Source of the DNA: Raillietiella orientalis
Taxonomy: Eukaryota
Assembly: GCA_036172245.1 (NCBI GenBank)
Contig: JAYWIR010000031.1
Span: forward strand, 2,046,001 to 2,110,000
Length of the DNA stretch: 64,000 bases
Direction of reading: 5' to 3'
Part shown: piece by piece, positions 1-11,200 of the stretch
How the letters are laid out: each line of letters starts with the position of its first letter
Position numbering within the stretch: the first letter of the stretch is position 1
Translations under genes and position numbers: made by a program
Notes under the pieces: model-generated
Databases searched by the model: none
The model's input: only the letters and a program-made list of their open reading frames with translations
What the model was told of the DNA's origin: nothing

Positions 1-1339
1 TTTTAACATGTAATGCAATAAGTGCAAAAATTATGTTCCATGCTTTGCTGCTCGACTGCACGCTACGGTGCGCGCCATCCCGCGGATCGCTTTTTATGAG
101 TGCACGCTGCTCGCCTTAATTCGAAGTAAAACGTTAAAAACATATTTTAATGACATTGTAGACTTATTGTAATGCTCATTGCATGGACTGATCAAGGAAG
201 GGGAAAAAAAGGGGGAGAGCGAGAGAAGAAAAAAAAAAGAAAAAGAAAAATCCACTTAAAGAGCAAGGCGCTGCAAAAAAAACATCGTCACGTTTCGAAA
301 AATGGATGTGCCGAAATAGACACGAATACTGTTCCCAATATGGGTGGTCGATGTTCTAAGAATTTGGGATTTCTATGCTCATTGCATTGACTGATCGAGG
401 ATCTTAGTTACTCGTAATCTCCTAAGCTCTTGTGATCAACAGGATCAATGCTGTCTCCGAAAATGCTGAAACGATAAAAATTCTTTAGCTGTTGTTTTTT
501 ATGGTCTGCTGTCAGAGAAGGATATATTCTCTTGGTTTAAAAAAAACACAAGCATCGGGAAGAGCACTTTCATTGACAATGATGCTGGAAGATCTCCTCA
601 TTTTCCATCCATACTGACTTTGATTTAAACATAATTTTGCCGCATACTTTTAAAAAATTTCCAAATGGATTTGGTATTGTGCTTAAAATACTTATTTTAA
701 ACATAATGACAAGTCGATTGCATGTATTAGTTGATTTGTGTTCTGCTTCTTGTTTCAAATCATGAGCACATAATTTATATCCAAAACTTAATTTGCTAAT
801 CCTAAATGCGATTTAAGATTGCTGACCTCACCTTACTTCATTTTTTGCAGGTCATAGTTTTGGCAACCTTAATGTCACCACAAAGCAGACTGAATTTTTT
901 TTTTAAAAAAAAAATCCATTATTTACGGATTTTGAATGTTTCTGCTGAGAAACAATGATGATAATGATATCGTGCTAATGTATACAATTATCGCTTGAAT
1001 AAAAGAAAAATAAAAACCGAATGAGCTATTGTACAATATATTTATTCCCTTGATGCAATATGACATCTCTAAATTTGCTTCTTCCTCAGAGAGGAGCTTC
1101 CTTGATAACATGAGACTATCACACTACGACGCTGCTTTGCAATTCACTCGTAGTTTTATTTAACTACTACTGATTGCTGCTCTTTCAAAGATTGAGTAGC
1201 CGGCACCCTAAAGACTGTATCGTAAAAGAATCTAGTGAAAGGATACCTGTTTGTCCACGTTTCTTATAGAGTTCACATGAATCCTTAAGAAGTTTTGGAG
1301 CATATACTTTTGTTAAAGATTCACCCTTTTATTTTATAA

Positions 1340-1400
1340 GTAAAATTTTGCTAATATGCGTGCCAGCAGTAGCGGTTAAACGTAAAGATTAAATTAACAT
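1340..1400 (+). rRNA. Short small-subunit rRNA fragment, probably mitochondrial 12S (NUMT); not a functional gene
   Basis: GTGCCAGCAGTAGCGGTTAAAC at 1360-1381 matches the conserved SSU '530 loop' motif (GTGCCAGCAGCCGCGGTAA) in the GCGGTTA form typical of invertebrate mitochondrial rrnS. Context is AT-rich. Boundaries are approximate. Confidence 0.65.
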
Positions 1401-1476
1401 GACAGTACCCATGAAAGTCACTGTGCCAGAACAATATTGACAAAAAAGAAAAAAAAGGTAAGAAAAAAAGAAAGAA

Positions 1477-1509
1477 CTATATTGCTTTTCTGAAGGAAAA
1501 GCAATATAG
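1477..1509. repeat. Perfect 14-bp inverted repeat (hairpin) with a partial second copy at ~1538-1559
   Basis: CTATATTGCTTTTC-tgaag-GAAAAGCAATATAG; a near-copy TTTTCTGAAAGAAAAGCAATAT lies just downstream. Confidence 0.8.
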
Positions 1510-2569
1510 GTTTTCGTTCGTAGTTTATAACTCAGCATTTTCTGAAAGAAAAGCAATATTGTTGGTTTTGTGTCTTTTTCTACTGACTACAAACATTAAT
1601 AACATTCACCATTTCAGTCTGAACCAATGTGGCAGTTGAGGTTGAAATTGCTAAATATTTGTGCACATTGGAAAGATTTCGAATTCATGCATGTAACATA
1701 GGAGCTCCTCGCGGGATGTGTAAGTTATGAGCGATATTTTAGTACTGCTAATGGTTCGTTGAAGCATTCCGTCTTTCACGTTATTCAACCTGATTCACCA
1801 TCGTGTAAGTTTTATCTTGGTTTAATGATGATTCATGTTCTTCTGCTTTTTGACTATGCATTGTTTCCTTTTTTTTGAAAGTAATTACACTTTGATGTAT
1901 GCTTGACGAAATTTCATCCTTCCAATGAACACTTACCTAAATAATCATCTTTCGCTGAATTTAAAGATGCTAATTACACTGAAAAGAGAAAATTATAAAA
2001 ATCTACCATAATACATAAATTAAGTTGAAATTAGATCAGAAAATTAGGGGCTCTTTTACTGTGCATCCATATGAATCAGGAAAAGAGTGAAAACCTTTTT
2101 CGTATCTACTGAATAGTTTGCGGTTAATTTTGATTCTGAACTGCGCTTTTTTTAGGAAAAAACACTTCCCTTTATAGGATAAATTTTTATATTGAGCTTA
2201 TAAATCAGCAAAATACAATTTTTATCATATCATATTATACATTTGTTGATAGCTTTTGTATCTGACATCATCTTGTGCTTTGAAGTGCTTTTGTTACATC
2301 ACTCAACTTTCAAGTAAAATTGAGAACATATATAATATTTTTATATTATATTGAGAGATGTGAAAGCATCAGATGGCTATGTTTGCGAATATCAATAATA
2401 AATGTAACTGATTTTTTGGTTTTCCATAATTCAATATATTTTTCGGATTATGATCTTGAAAAGATTGGCAATCCGGTTTTCATCGTATCTGTATTTTCAG
2501 ATGATAATGTGCCTGTAGCCGATGTCAAGTGTAACTTTCATAGTTTTCCTGTGATTTAATGCTTTTGTC

Positions 2570-5434
2570 ATGATGAACGAAGCCGAAGAGGAACTTCTCA
2601 GGTTGCAACAGGTAAATTAAGTTGATCAAAATTGGTTTTGTTATTATTCGTTCTCAATATGGAATCCATGTTACATTTCTTTTTTTCCTGTTCAGCATTG
2701 GTCGTTAGTCAGAACCTAATGTTCTGTCATCCGATAATGAACCTCTGCCCGGATACAAATATTTTGTTAACTTATATGGCATCGAGAATAAAGTAACAAT
2801 TTGTTAATCATGATTGTTGACGTAAAAAGTTGAGTGATCATGTAGTTGAAAGTTTTTTGTGCAGTTTCAAAGAAAATGTACATCTACATTTGTCATTTTG
2901 CAATCAGTTAATAAAACATTTCATTAAATGACTTATGAATTGATGCGTGATACTTTCATGTTGTTTAGGATAAGTTATCTTTATTGAGTGTGTTAAGAAT
3001 TGAAACCTTGGTGTTATTTAATCTTTTAGCATGCTGCATTTGGAAATGACTATTCTGCAAGCTTGGCTGCAGGTGTTTTAGCCCCAGTGGTACCAGCAGT
3101 GATGTTAAGTGCAGAAGATGCATTATCACAAACAGTTATGCTTCAGTCTCCTATGATGGAAATGTCTATGCTGGCAAAAGAAATGCCCCTACCACAGGCT
3201 TTAGAGCAAGTACTGGCTTTCAAACAAGAGCGAGCAAGATTACTGGGACTTCATCCGGAAGACATTAGCAAAATTGGTAAGTAGTTATTTGATTATCACA
3301 ATTAAGACTAATCATACATCCAATGACATCCAAAAAAGAACATGAAGGTTTCCATCAGGAGATTGAAGATCTTGGTCCAGAACCACCTCCACCAGCCATT
3401 TTTGTTTCTGATTTAGATGAAAACAAGGAAAACAAAATAAACCAAGCACAAAAAGAGAAATCTAGGAAAAAGAAGAAGCATAAGAAACGAAAGAAAAAAC
3501 ATGCTCCTAAAAAGGAATTGGATCTTCCTTCTAAAAGAGAAGAAAGCAAGAAGAAAGATCGGAATAAAACCGACGTGCAGATTGAGTGAGCAGATGATAA
3601 TGTAGTGAAAGAAACTGTGTGTTTCTAGGTATGTTCCTGAAACAATCCGACTGGATCCCACAGATCCCATGTCTCGCTACTTCAATCGAATTTTCGAGGC
3701 GTTCAAAATTGTTGAGAAAGAAGGTGGTGATGAAAGAAGAGAATTTCAAAGAGATCAGCCTCATCTAGATATGGATTTGAAGAAAGTTCCAAAATTGTTG
3801 GAAGAGGAACCTCTTGATGAGGTTTGTATGTTCTTCATGTATGTTAGACAACCACTTTTAATAGAAAAAAGAAGAAGATAAGCCAAAACTTTCCAAAAGA
3901 AAGATGAAGAAATTAACGCGATTAACTGTAGCAGAGCTGAAACAGTTGGTTCAGAGACCTGATGTGGTTGAGATGCATGACATCACAGCTCGTGATCCAC
4001 GGCTTCTCGTTCTCCTGAAATCTACAAGAAACACTGTGCCAGTCCCAAGGCACTGGTGTTTTAAGAGAAAAGTAATGTTTTTTTTTTTTCTTCTTCTTTT
4101 CAAAAATGCGTGATGTTACATGTGATTCAGTATCTGCAAGGAAAAAGAGGTTTTGAAAAACCTCCTTTCATGCTTCCAGACTTCATTCGGCGTACAGGCA
4201 TAATGGAAATGCGCCAAGCTTTGCAAGATAAAGAAGACCAAAAGAGTATGAAAGTTAAAATGCGAGAACGTATCCGTCCAAAAATGGGAAAAATTGATAT
4301 TGATTATCAGAAGCTGCATGATGCCTTTTTCAAGTACATGGAAGCTCATTTATAGAGAACTTATATATTTATATCTTATAGATGGCAGACCAAGCCAAGG
4401 ATGAGCCTTCATGGAGATTTGTACTATGAGGGTAAAGAATTTGAAACCCGACTCAAAGAGAAGAAGCCAGGAGAATTGTCTGATGAACTACGTATTGCAT
4501 TAGGCATGCCTATTGGCCCAAGTGCACATAAAGTGCCACCCCCATGGCTCATTGCCATGCAACGCTATGGTCCTCCTCCCTCCTATCCCAATCTGAAAAT
4601 ACCAGGATTGAATGCTCCCATTCCAGATAATTGTAGCTTTGGTTATCATGCAGGTGGATGGGGGAAGCCACCTGTAGATGAACTTGGCCGACCTCTGTAT
4701 GGAGATGTCTTTGGTGTTGCAAATACAGAAAGTCATGTAAGTTAGACAGTGTCCAACCAGAAGTTCTAATCAGGAGTCAGGCTCCCACAGTGGATGATGA
4801 TGTTGATCGTAATTTGTGGGGTGAACTGGAATCTGAAAGTGAAGAATCCAGTGAAGAGGAGGAGGAAGAAGAGATGGAAGATTTCCAGGCTGAAGGACTG
4901 CTGGATCAGACAGGACTGATTACTCCTGCAGAAGGTGGCCTTGTCACTCCATCTGGAATAACATCAATTTCTGCAGGAATGGAAACACCAGAAATGATAG
5001 AACTGCGTAAACGCCGAATTGAATCTGAAATGGAAGGGTAAGAATAAGTCTTGATGCTGATCATCTCATTATCATATGATAGGGGAGAAACTCCTGCCTT
5101 ATATGCAGTACTACCAGAAAGGAAGGCAGATAACATGGCTCGCTCCTTAATGGCCTCCACACATACTTATGATATTACCCAGGTTAAAACCATGCAGGGT
5201 ATTGAAGTGGCCCTTGATCCCTCAGAGCTTGATTTAATGGATACTGAAGCCATGGCAGCTCGCTATGAGCAGACAGTTCGTGAACAGCAAAATCAGTTGG
5301 CAAAAGAAGATTTATCTGATATGGTAGCAGAGCATGCTGCAAAACAAAAGAACAAACGAAAACGTCAACAGCAGCAGCAGCAACAGCAGCAAGATAATAA
5401 GCAAGCCAAAAAATATAAAGAATTTAAGTTTTAA
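2570..5434 (+). CDS. SF3B2: Splicing factor 3B subunit 2 (SAP145), multi-exon
   Basis: The spliced product contains VAELKQLVQRPDVVEMHD, VPVPRHWCFKRKYLQGKRG, KIDIDYQKLHDAFFKWQTKP, the PSP domain PPPWLIAMQRYGPPPSYPNLKIPGLNAPIP and the C-terminal KKYKEFKF*. GT-AG introns were traced at 2612-3029, 3277-3338 (likely), 3586-3628, 3822-3864, 4073-4130, 4334-4381, 4737-4780 and 5038-5082. The ATG at 2570 is inferred. Confidence 0.96.
5366..5392 (+). repeat. CAG/CAA coding repeat (Q9) near the SF3B2 C-terminus
   Basis: caacagcagcagcagcaacagcagcaa encodes nine Gln between KRKR and DNKQAKKYKEFKF. Confidence 0.9.
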
Positions 5435-5748
5435 TCCAGGAAAACAGTAATACAAAAAATAATTTGCGGATGTTCCATTTATTTGTTTTTTTTTCATTCC
5501 TGCAGATACTGCAAATTTGTATAAGTTCTTAAATTAGGGCAAACCCCTGCAATACAAAAAAACATTAAAGATGGTGCATGATATCATGAGGGGATTTAGC
5601 ATTCCGTTCGACACTTCAAACTCATTGCTGCCCTTTTGGGCTTTGGGGGCAGCAATAGTGGGCACTGGCCCCAAACCGAAAATACTGTGCTTAAACTATC
5701 ATTGTGCACCTGTCAAGACATTCAGTTACTTCTTTATAAGCAACTGTT

Positions 5749-8087
5749 TTACGGTTTAAAAATCCATTTTTTCATGGCTTCCTTGTACAATTTAAAACAT
5801 CTGAAATAGTGACTTTCCCCACTAAAATGACCAATTCGTATTCGCTTGCGTATAGCATGTTCCATACGTAGTCGATCAGAACTTTTGTTCTTTCCATGTA
5901 CACAGATATTTATGTTTGAAAAGTTCATCGGTTTTTTTAAGTTCAACAGATTTTTTGCTTACAATCGCTATAAGAAACATTATTTAACCTTGAAATTGCA
6001 AAGTTGCTTTGGTTTCCTTTGTTTCGATTCCTTGCAATTTTTGTTTTTGATTTCCTTACTTGACAATACTTAAAAGCATAATTTTTACTGGTATTAAGGC
6101 TGAAGTAAAGTTCAATGCTTAAGTGAAGGAAATCTAAAGGGTGTAACCTAAATGAGTATGCCAGCAAGTTTGAAAGATATAGTAGAACGGTATTGCTAGG
6201 AGAGTGCACCTTTCATATAACACATGGCAGATGAACACATAACGTGAGAATGCTTTACAGAGTATCCATTCACAAGATTTTCGTGAAGAAGCCCAAACTT
6301 TTAGCAGACTTCGTGTCTTAAGTACATCGGTAAAGGCAAAGAGGTGAAAAACACCACTGCAAAAGTTAGAGAACGAATGCACAATTATCCTTCAAACAGG
6401 TGATGTAGTACACAGCATTTGCTACGCAAGTTCTCGTAACTTTGCAAGGGTTCGCAGGAACACAAAGGTTTGCTGGTTCTAGAGCCAGAACAGTTATAAA
6501 TAATCCGTGTTTTTCGTGTCACTATCTCACGATATTTGAATGCTTTTGTATGAGGCGAAAAACTAAATTCATTTGTTCTCCAATGATCACCAATTTGTTT
6601 CTTGTGAGGGGAGATATCCTCAGATGGGAAAATAGCATTTCTAAAATTGCTCTTTCTGTATGTGATGTGTATGCAAGCCTACTGAGCTAACTAATCTTCA
6701 AATATGCACGTAAAGGGTTAGTGCCATATAATAATTCCAGTTTCTTACAATAAACATGCATTTTCAATCCACAAAGTGTATATTTAGTATTACGCTTGGA
6801 AATCATTTGAGCTAATCTCAACTGCAACTGTTGATTTCAAATGTGAAGCGAACACTAAGGAGTCCTCATCATTAAATTTATGGAAGATCAATTTACAATT
6901 ATTCTTTATTTCATTTAAAATTTAGACATTCTTTTATTTAGCCTATTCTTTTTAACATAATTTACCTGTTTGCAGATCAGCAAGAACTGTATTTATTCAC
7001 TAACACAATTTTATCCTAGCCTTCTTTACAGAAACTAAACTAGTCAATTTTAGTCTTCTGCTTATTTTTATCACTTTTAGTTCTGTTATATTCTCATACA
7101 CAACATCTGTTTTTTTTTTTGGAAACATTCGTTCAAAACAATATTTATTTGAAACTTTGTGAAATATTTGTGTTATGATATTTGTCTGATTGTTGTGTAG
7201 TAACGGAAAGATACCAATGATAAGTATTTCGCGATTAATTTTTTGCAGTATCGTGTTATTCTTCAAGCGCTATTTCATGCATAATCTGTTACAATAAAAA
7301 TATGCACAACTTGTTTTCAGTACATTGTGAGTTGAGAAAATAAGAATAACGACAACCGTTAAGAATAATGTCGATGACTTTTGCTATTTCAATGAGATCA
7401 ATCCTTAATGTTAGCATCTTATAGTCTGTTTTATCTACTCTTTTCTGAAAATATTTCCTATCAATAATTCCTTAAAGCACTATATGATTTCCACGTCACC
7501 ATTATATTAAAGTTTACATGCTGAAAATTAATGTGGTTGGATTCTTTTTAAGCTTTCAATCAAATAATAGTTTGAAGAACACAACTATGAATCAAATAAT
7601 CAACTGCTGTACAGCTTCCTTCAGTTGTGGATTGTTATTCGAACAGTTTTGACCACCAGTTTGCTAGAATGAATATGTACCCTTAATTTCTTGAAAATGA
7701 TGAGAATGTAAATCCTTCGTGTTTATTCTCTCACTTATTATCTTTTACTCATGCTTAGGATGCAATCGACATTTGCATCATTTGCTTCTAATTCTCGTGA
7801 GCACAATATTTTCAAGATGTATTTGTAGAAGTTTGTGGTAGTTTACATTTATATGTAAATATTGTATTTATTCCTCAGGATAAGTCCTCAAATATAGATT
7901 CTTCCCACATTTTCCAGCTTCAGTATACAGTGAGCGTATGATTATTTCGTTTCCTGATGAGGGATATGAATTTTGAAAATCCATCTAGTCTTCTCAAAAC
8001 TAGCATAAATTTCTATTTTATGCTTTCAAAATCAATACCTTGATCAATGTTATTGTCTTTGGGAATATTTTGTCGTTTCCGCATCAT
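5749..8087 (-). CDS. Putative uncharacterised multi-exon gene (or decayed gene); ends uncertain, best-supported core ~6085-7110
   Basis: Successive minus-strand segments join in phase across GT-AG introns that are mostly of locally typical size: ...KLTSLVS|FLLICKQ|LQLRLAQMISKRNTKYTLCGLKMHVYCKKLELLYGTNPLRAYLKI|KMLFSHLRISPLTRNKLVIIGEQMNLVFRLIQKHSNI|NQQTFVFLRTLAKLRELA|GVFHLFAFTDVLKTRSLLKVWASSRKSCEWILCKAFSRYVFICHVLYER|LHPLDFLHLSIELYF... A candidate first exon MMRKRQNIPKDNNIDQ starts at 8087. No family recognised. Confidence 0.4.
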
Positions 8088-8265
8088 ATAAACCCGGGAT
8101 TCTATTCAGTATCGAAATATAATATGGTAACACCTGGAAAATTGCTAATTGCTAATGGTCGTGGCTGCAATGGAGTTGTAGGTGACGCTTTTGCTCTTGT
8201 GTTGTAAGCGTAGGTGAAGTGGTGGGCTTAAGCTTCATTCCTGAAGTAAATTTTTGGGTTACGAT

Positions 8266-11200
8266 ATGTTGGATGTCACAATAAAAACCTTAGATTCACA
8301 AAATCATCATTTTGAAGTTTCTGACGAGGTACATGATTTCTTATTATCTGTAATAGATAGATGTATGCTATTTCGTCGTATATATTGCATATTAGTGTAT
8401 TATGTGTTAGTAATGTAGCAACTGTTATGTTGAGTGTAATGAAATATTGATTCATTGTATTTGTTTGTGTGTTTAAGTGGTATTGGAATCATGGATTCGG
8501 TAATTTGGATTTGCTCATTTTTTTTTATTTAGATAACTGTACAAGAATTCAAGGTAAAAATCGCTGGGTCAGTTGGAATTCCAAGCGAAAGGCAGAGGCT
8601 TATTTATTGTGGCAGAGTATTACAGGACACAAAGAAGTTAAATGAATATGGTGAGATTTAAGTTTTGTGTACTTTATAGTTTGTTTGCTGATACGAAAAT
8701 ACAATAAAATGATTTGAACTTCTCTAAGTATGCCCCAGTTCTAACCAGTAAGCCTCCAGACAAGGAAAACTGTATTTCGTTTGGAGCATAAAGAATATCA
8801 GTTTTGCATCCCACTCGAAGCTAACTCGAAGCTTTTTTGTTTGTATTTGTGGTATGCGTTTTTTTCGAAATTCGAAAATACAAATGCCCACTTCTGAAAT
8901 CAGTTTACTTTGCCTCACCAGTAATGTGTAGAATTTTGCAAATTTCCTACCTCATGTTTATTCTTAGTGATAAGTGTAGTTTTCTTTCAGAGAATTTGAT
9001 ACTTTGGAATTTTTTTTCCCTTATGTCAAGTTCTTTTTTCATTTTATGCTCCAATGCAAGGTGCAAAGTGTTTTTCCTTGAAGCTATATAATTTTTGTTT
9101 TGCATCAAAAGAATTTAAAAAATTCTTCTAAATCAAAAGTTACAATCAAACTTTTATCAGATAGTTTTTATTCATGAGTAGCACTTCAAAATTTTTCTTG
9201 ACTACTGATTTTTATTCATTTTGTTTAGATTTTTGAGTATGGATGAAGCGTAATTAGGTTTTCGTTTTCTATTTTCTGGGTCGAACTCTTTCTAAAAATC
9301 ATGCAGTTATTCTTTTCTATAAGATTGCTTTATTTAGTTGTCTGAGTTTTAAAGGATCTATTGTGAATACATCTGTTTGCTGTTACTCAAGAATTTTGTC
9401 CACTGATTGGAGTTGGCCTTAATCAATTTTTAGAATCATAAATGTGGTATTGTAACATTGATGGCTGCAGTTTTCATAACACGTAGAATAAAAGGAGAAA
9501 CTGCAAAATTTAAGTGGATTAGTGCAAAATATGAATTTTGGTAAATGAAATTTGCAAGTGCCTCAAGAGGAACAGGGGAGTATTAAACAGAATTGCGGGC
9601 AAAAAGTTTTGTCAGAAGATCAATTGAAGTTGAAACAACTGATTGGAACCTTGAAGTTTTTAATATGAAAGAATAAAATTTTCATGTGAAATTAATAGAT
9701 TAATGAAAGCATGATCTGCAGGATTCTAAAATAGAAAGTTTTTTCTTCATATAGTTACATTGCATCCTGCAGCAAGTTTCTTTTTCTAATGCATTTTTTT
9801 TGTTTTTTTAAGTGATGATTCTTTGCAGCAATAATGTCCTTAGTCTGAGTTTTATTTTGGTGATTTTAGTTATACTCCTAAGCTAATAAATGAACTTTCT
9901 GCTATTGAAGTGCATGCTTCTTTGAAACAAATAAATTTTGCTCCTTGGTCTTCTTGATTGTTTTTTAGCAAGCAAATATATTACTGGGCTGTAATAGGAA
10001 TTGATAGGAAAAGTAAATAATGCTGTAAAAAAGTTTTGGGATTAATGTAGATTATGTTAGATCATTTATTTAATGTGGGAATAAGCTTTGACCAAGATGA
10101 TCACTTAAAGAGAAAAATAAAGAAGCAAAAACAATTGTGAAAGAATTGGAAAAAGTGTGATTATAATTCAGATCAGGGAAAACACAAAACAGAAAACATT
10201 ATAGATGGAAGCTTAGAAACCATTGATTGATTAGTAAAAATCATATGTGAATGCAAAACCAATCAGTCAGACAACTCTTGGTATGAATTTCTTTTTAGTT
10301 CTTGCAAAAATTATTAATGTTGTTATTCATTTTTTGTTTATGATTCATCTTTTTCTATTTCCTTATATTGTGATGAGCAAGGCATAAAAGTATTTTTATG
10401 CTTCTTTTCACGTTCTTCTGTAGCAAATTGTTTTTAATAAAACTGGCGCTCATTTGGTTGTATTGGTTTTTAACTGCTTTGTGATTTGCTTTATGCTCTT
10501 ATGAAAACAAGGTAAATATTATAAAAAGCTGTAGTAACTATATGTTTTTATGTGAAAGTTTTGAAAATTAATTCATATGATTATGCATCAATGAGATCTA
10601 ACAAACAGTGTGGTGATTTTAATTTTTTGTAAAGATGTTCATGGCAAAGTAATTCATTTGGTTCAACGGCCACCTCCTGAAGTATTGAATAATCAGAGTG
10701 AGCAACAAAACCCAAGTAATGAGCAGAGATGGAGATTTACTCGTCAGCGTCGTAGTGGGAATCCCATTTATTTGGGAACCATTTCAGTTCCTGGTAAAAG
10801 CATGATTTTTTTTTGTTTTGATTTGGTTTGTTTTTTTTTGTTATTTTTCACTTACATGCAATTTTTTTGTATAGATGCTGGTTTCACTATTCCTGGAATT
10901 GGTCCATCATCTGCCTCAGTGCGATTGAGTGTGGCCCGTAACATGTTTCAGAAAGCCTCCCAAGTAATTGATCAGCTTGAATCCATCAGTAATAATGCTG
11001 AGCATGCTCAATCTACATCTTCTCCATCGGATGTTTCTGAAACTGAGACTGAAGAAAGCACTCCATCTGTTAATGCCAATGCTGCTAGTGCATCTAATGT
11101 TGAAAGTGCTTATCTTAATCAGGATGCTTTAGGATCCACCACTTTGCAGATAATTAATGCTGCTCATGAGGCTGCTTTAGCAGCAGCAACACAATCTGTT

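Noticed and set aside
172..390. 72-aa Lys-rich ORF
   Set aside because: Produced by a poly-purine/A-rich low-complexity tract; no recognisable domain.
3355..5497. Several minus-strand ORFs over SF3B2 (and similar antisense ORFs over other genes)
   Set aside because: Antisense shadows of real coding exons.
6680..6700. In-frame TAG in the putative orphan gene as stop-codon readthrough or recoding
   Set aside because: It is removed by a plausible 36- or 51-nt GT-AG intron, and all conserved genes here read with the standard code.
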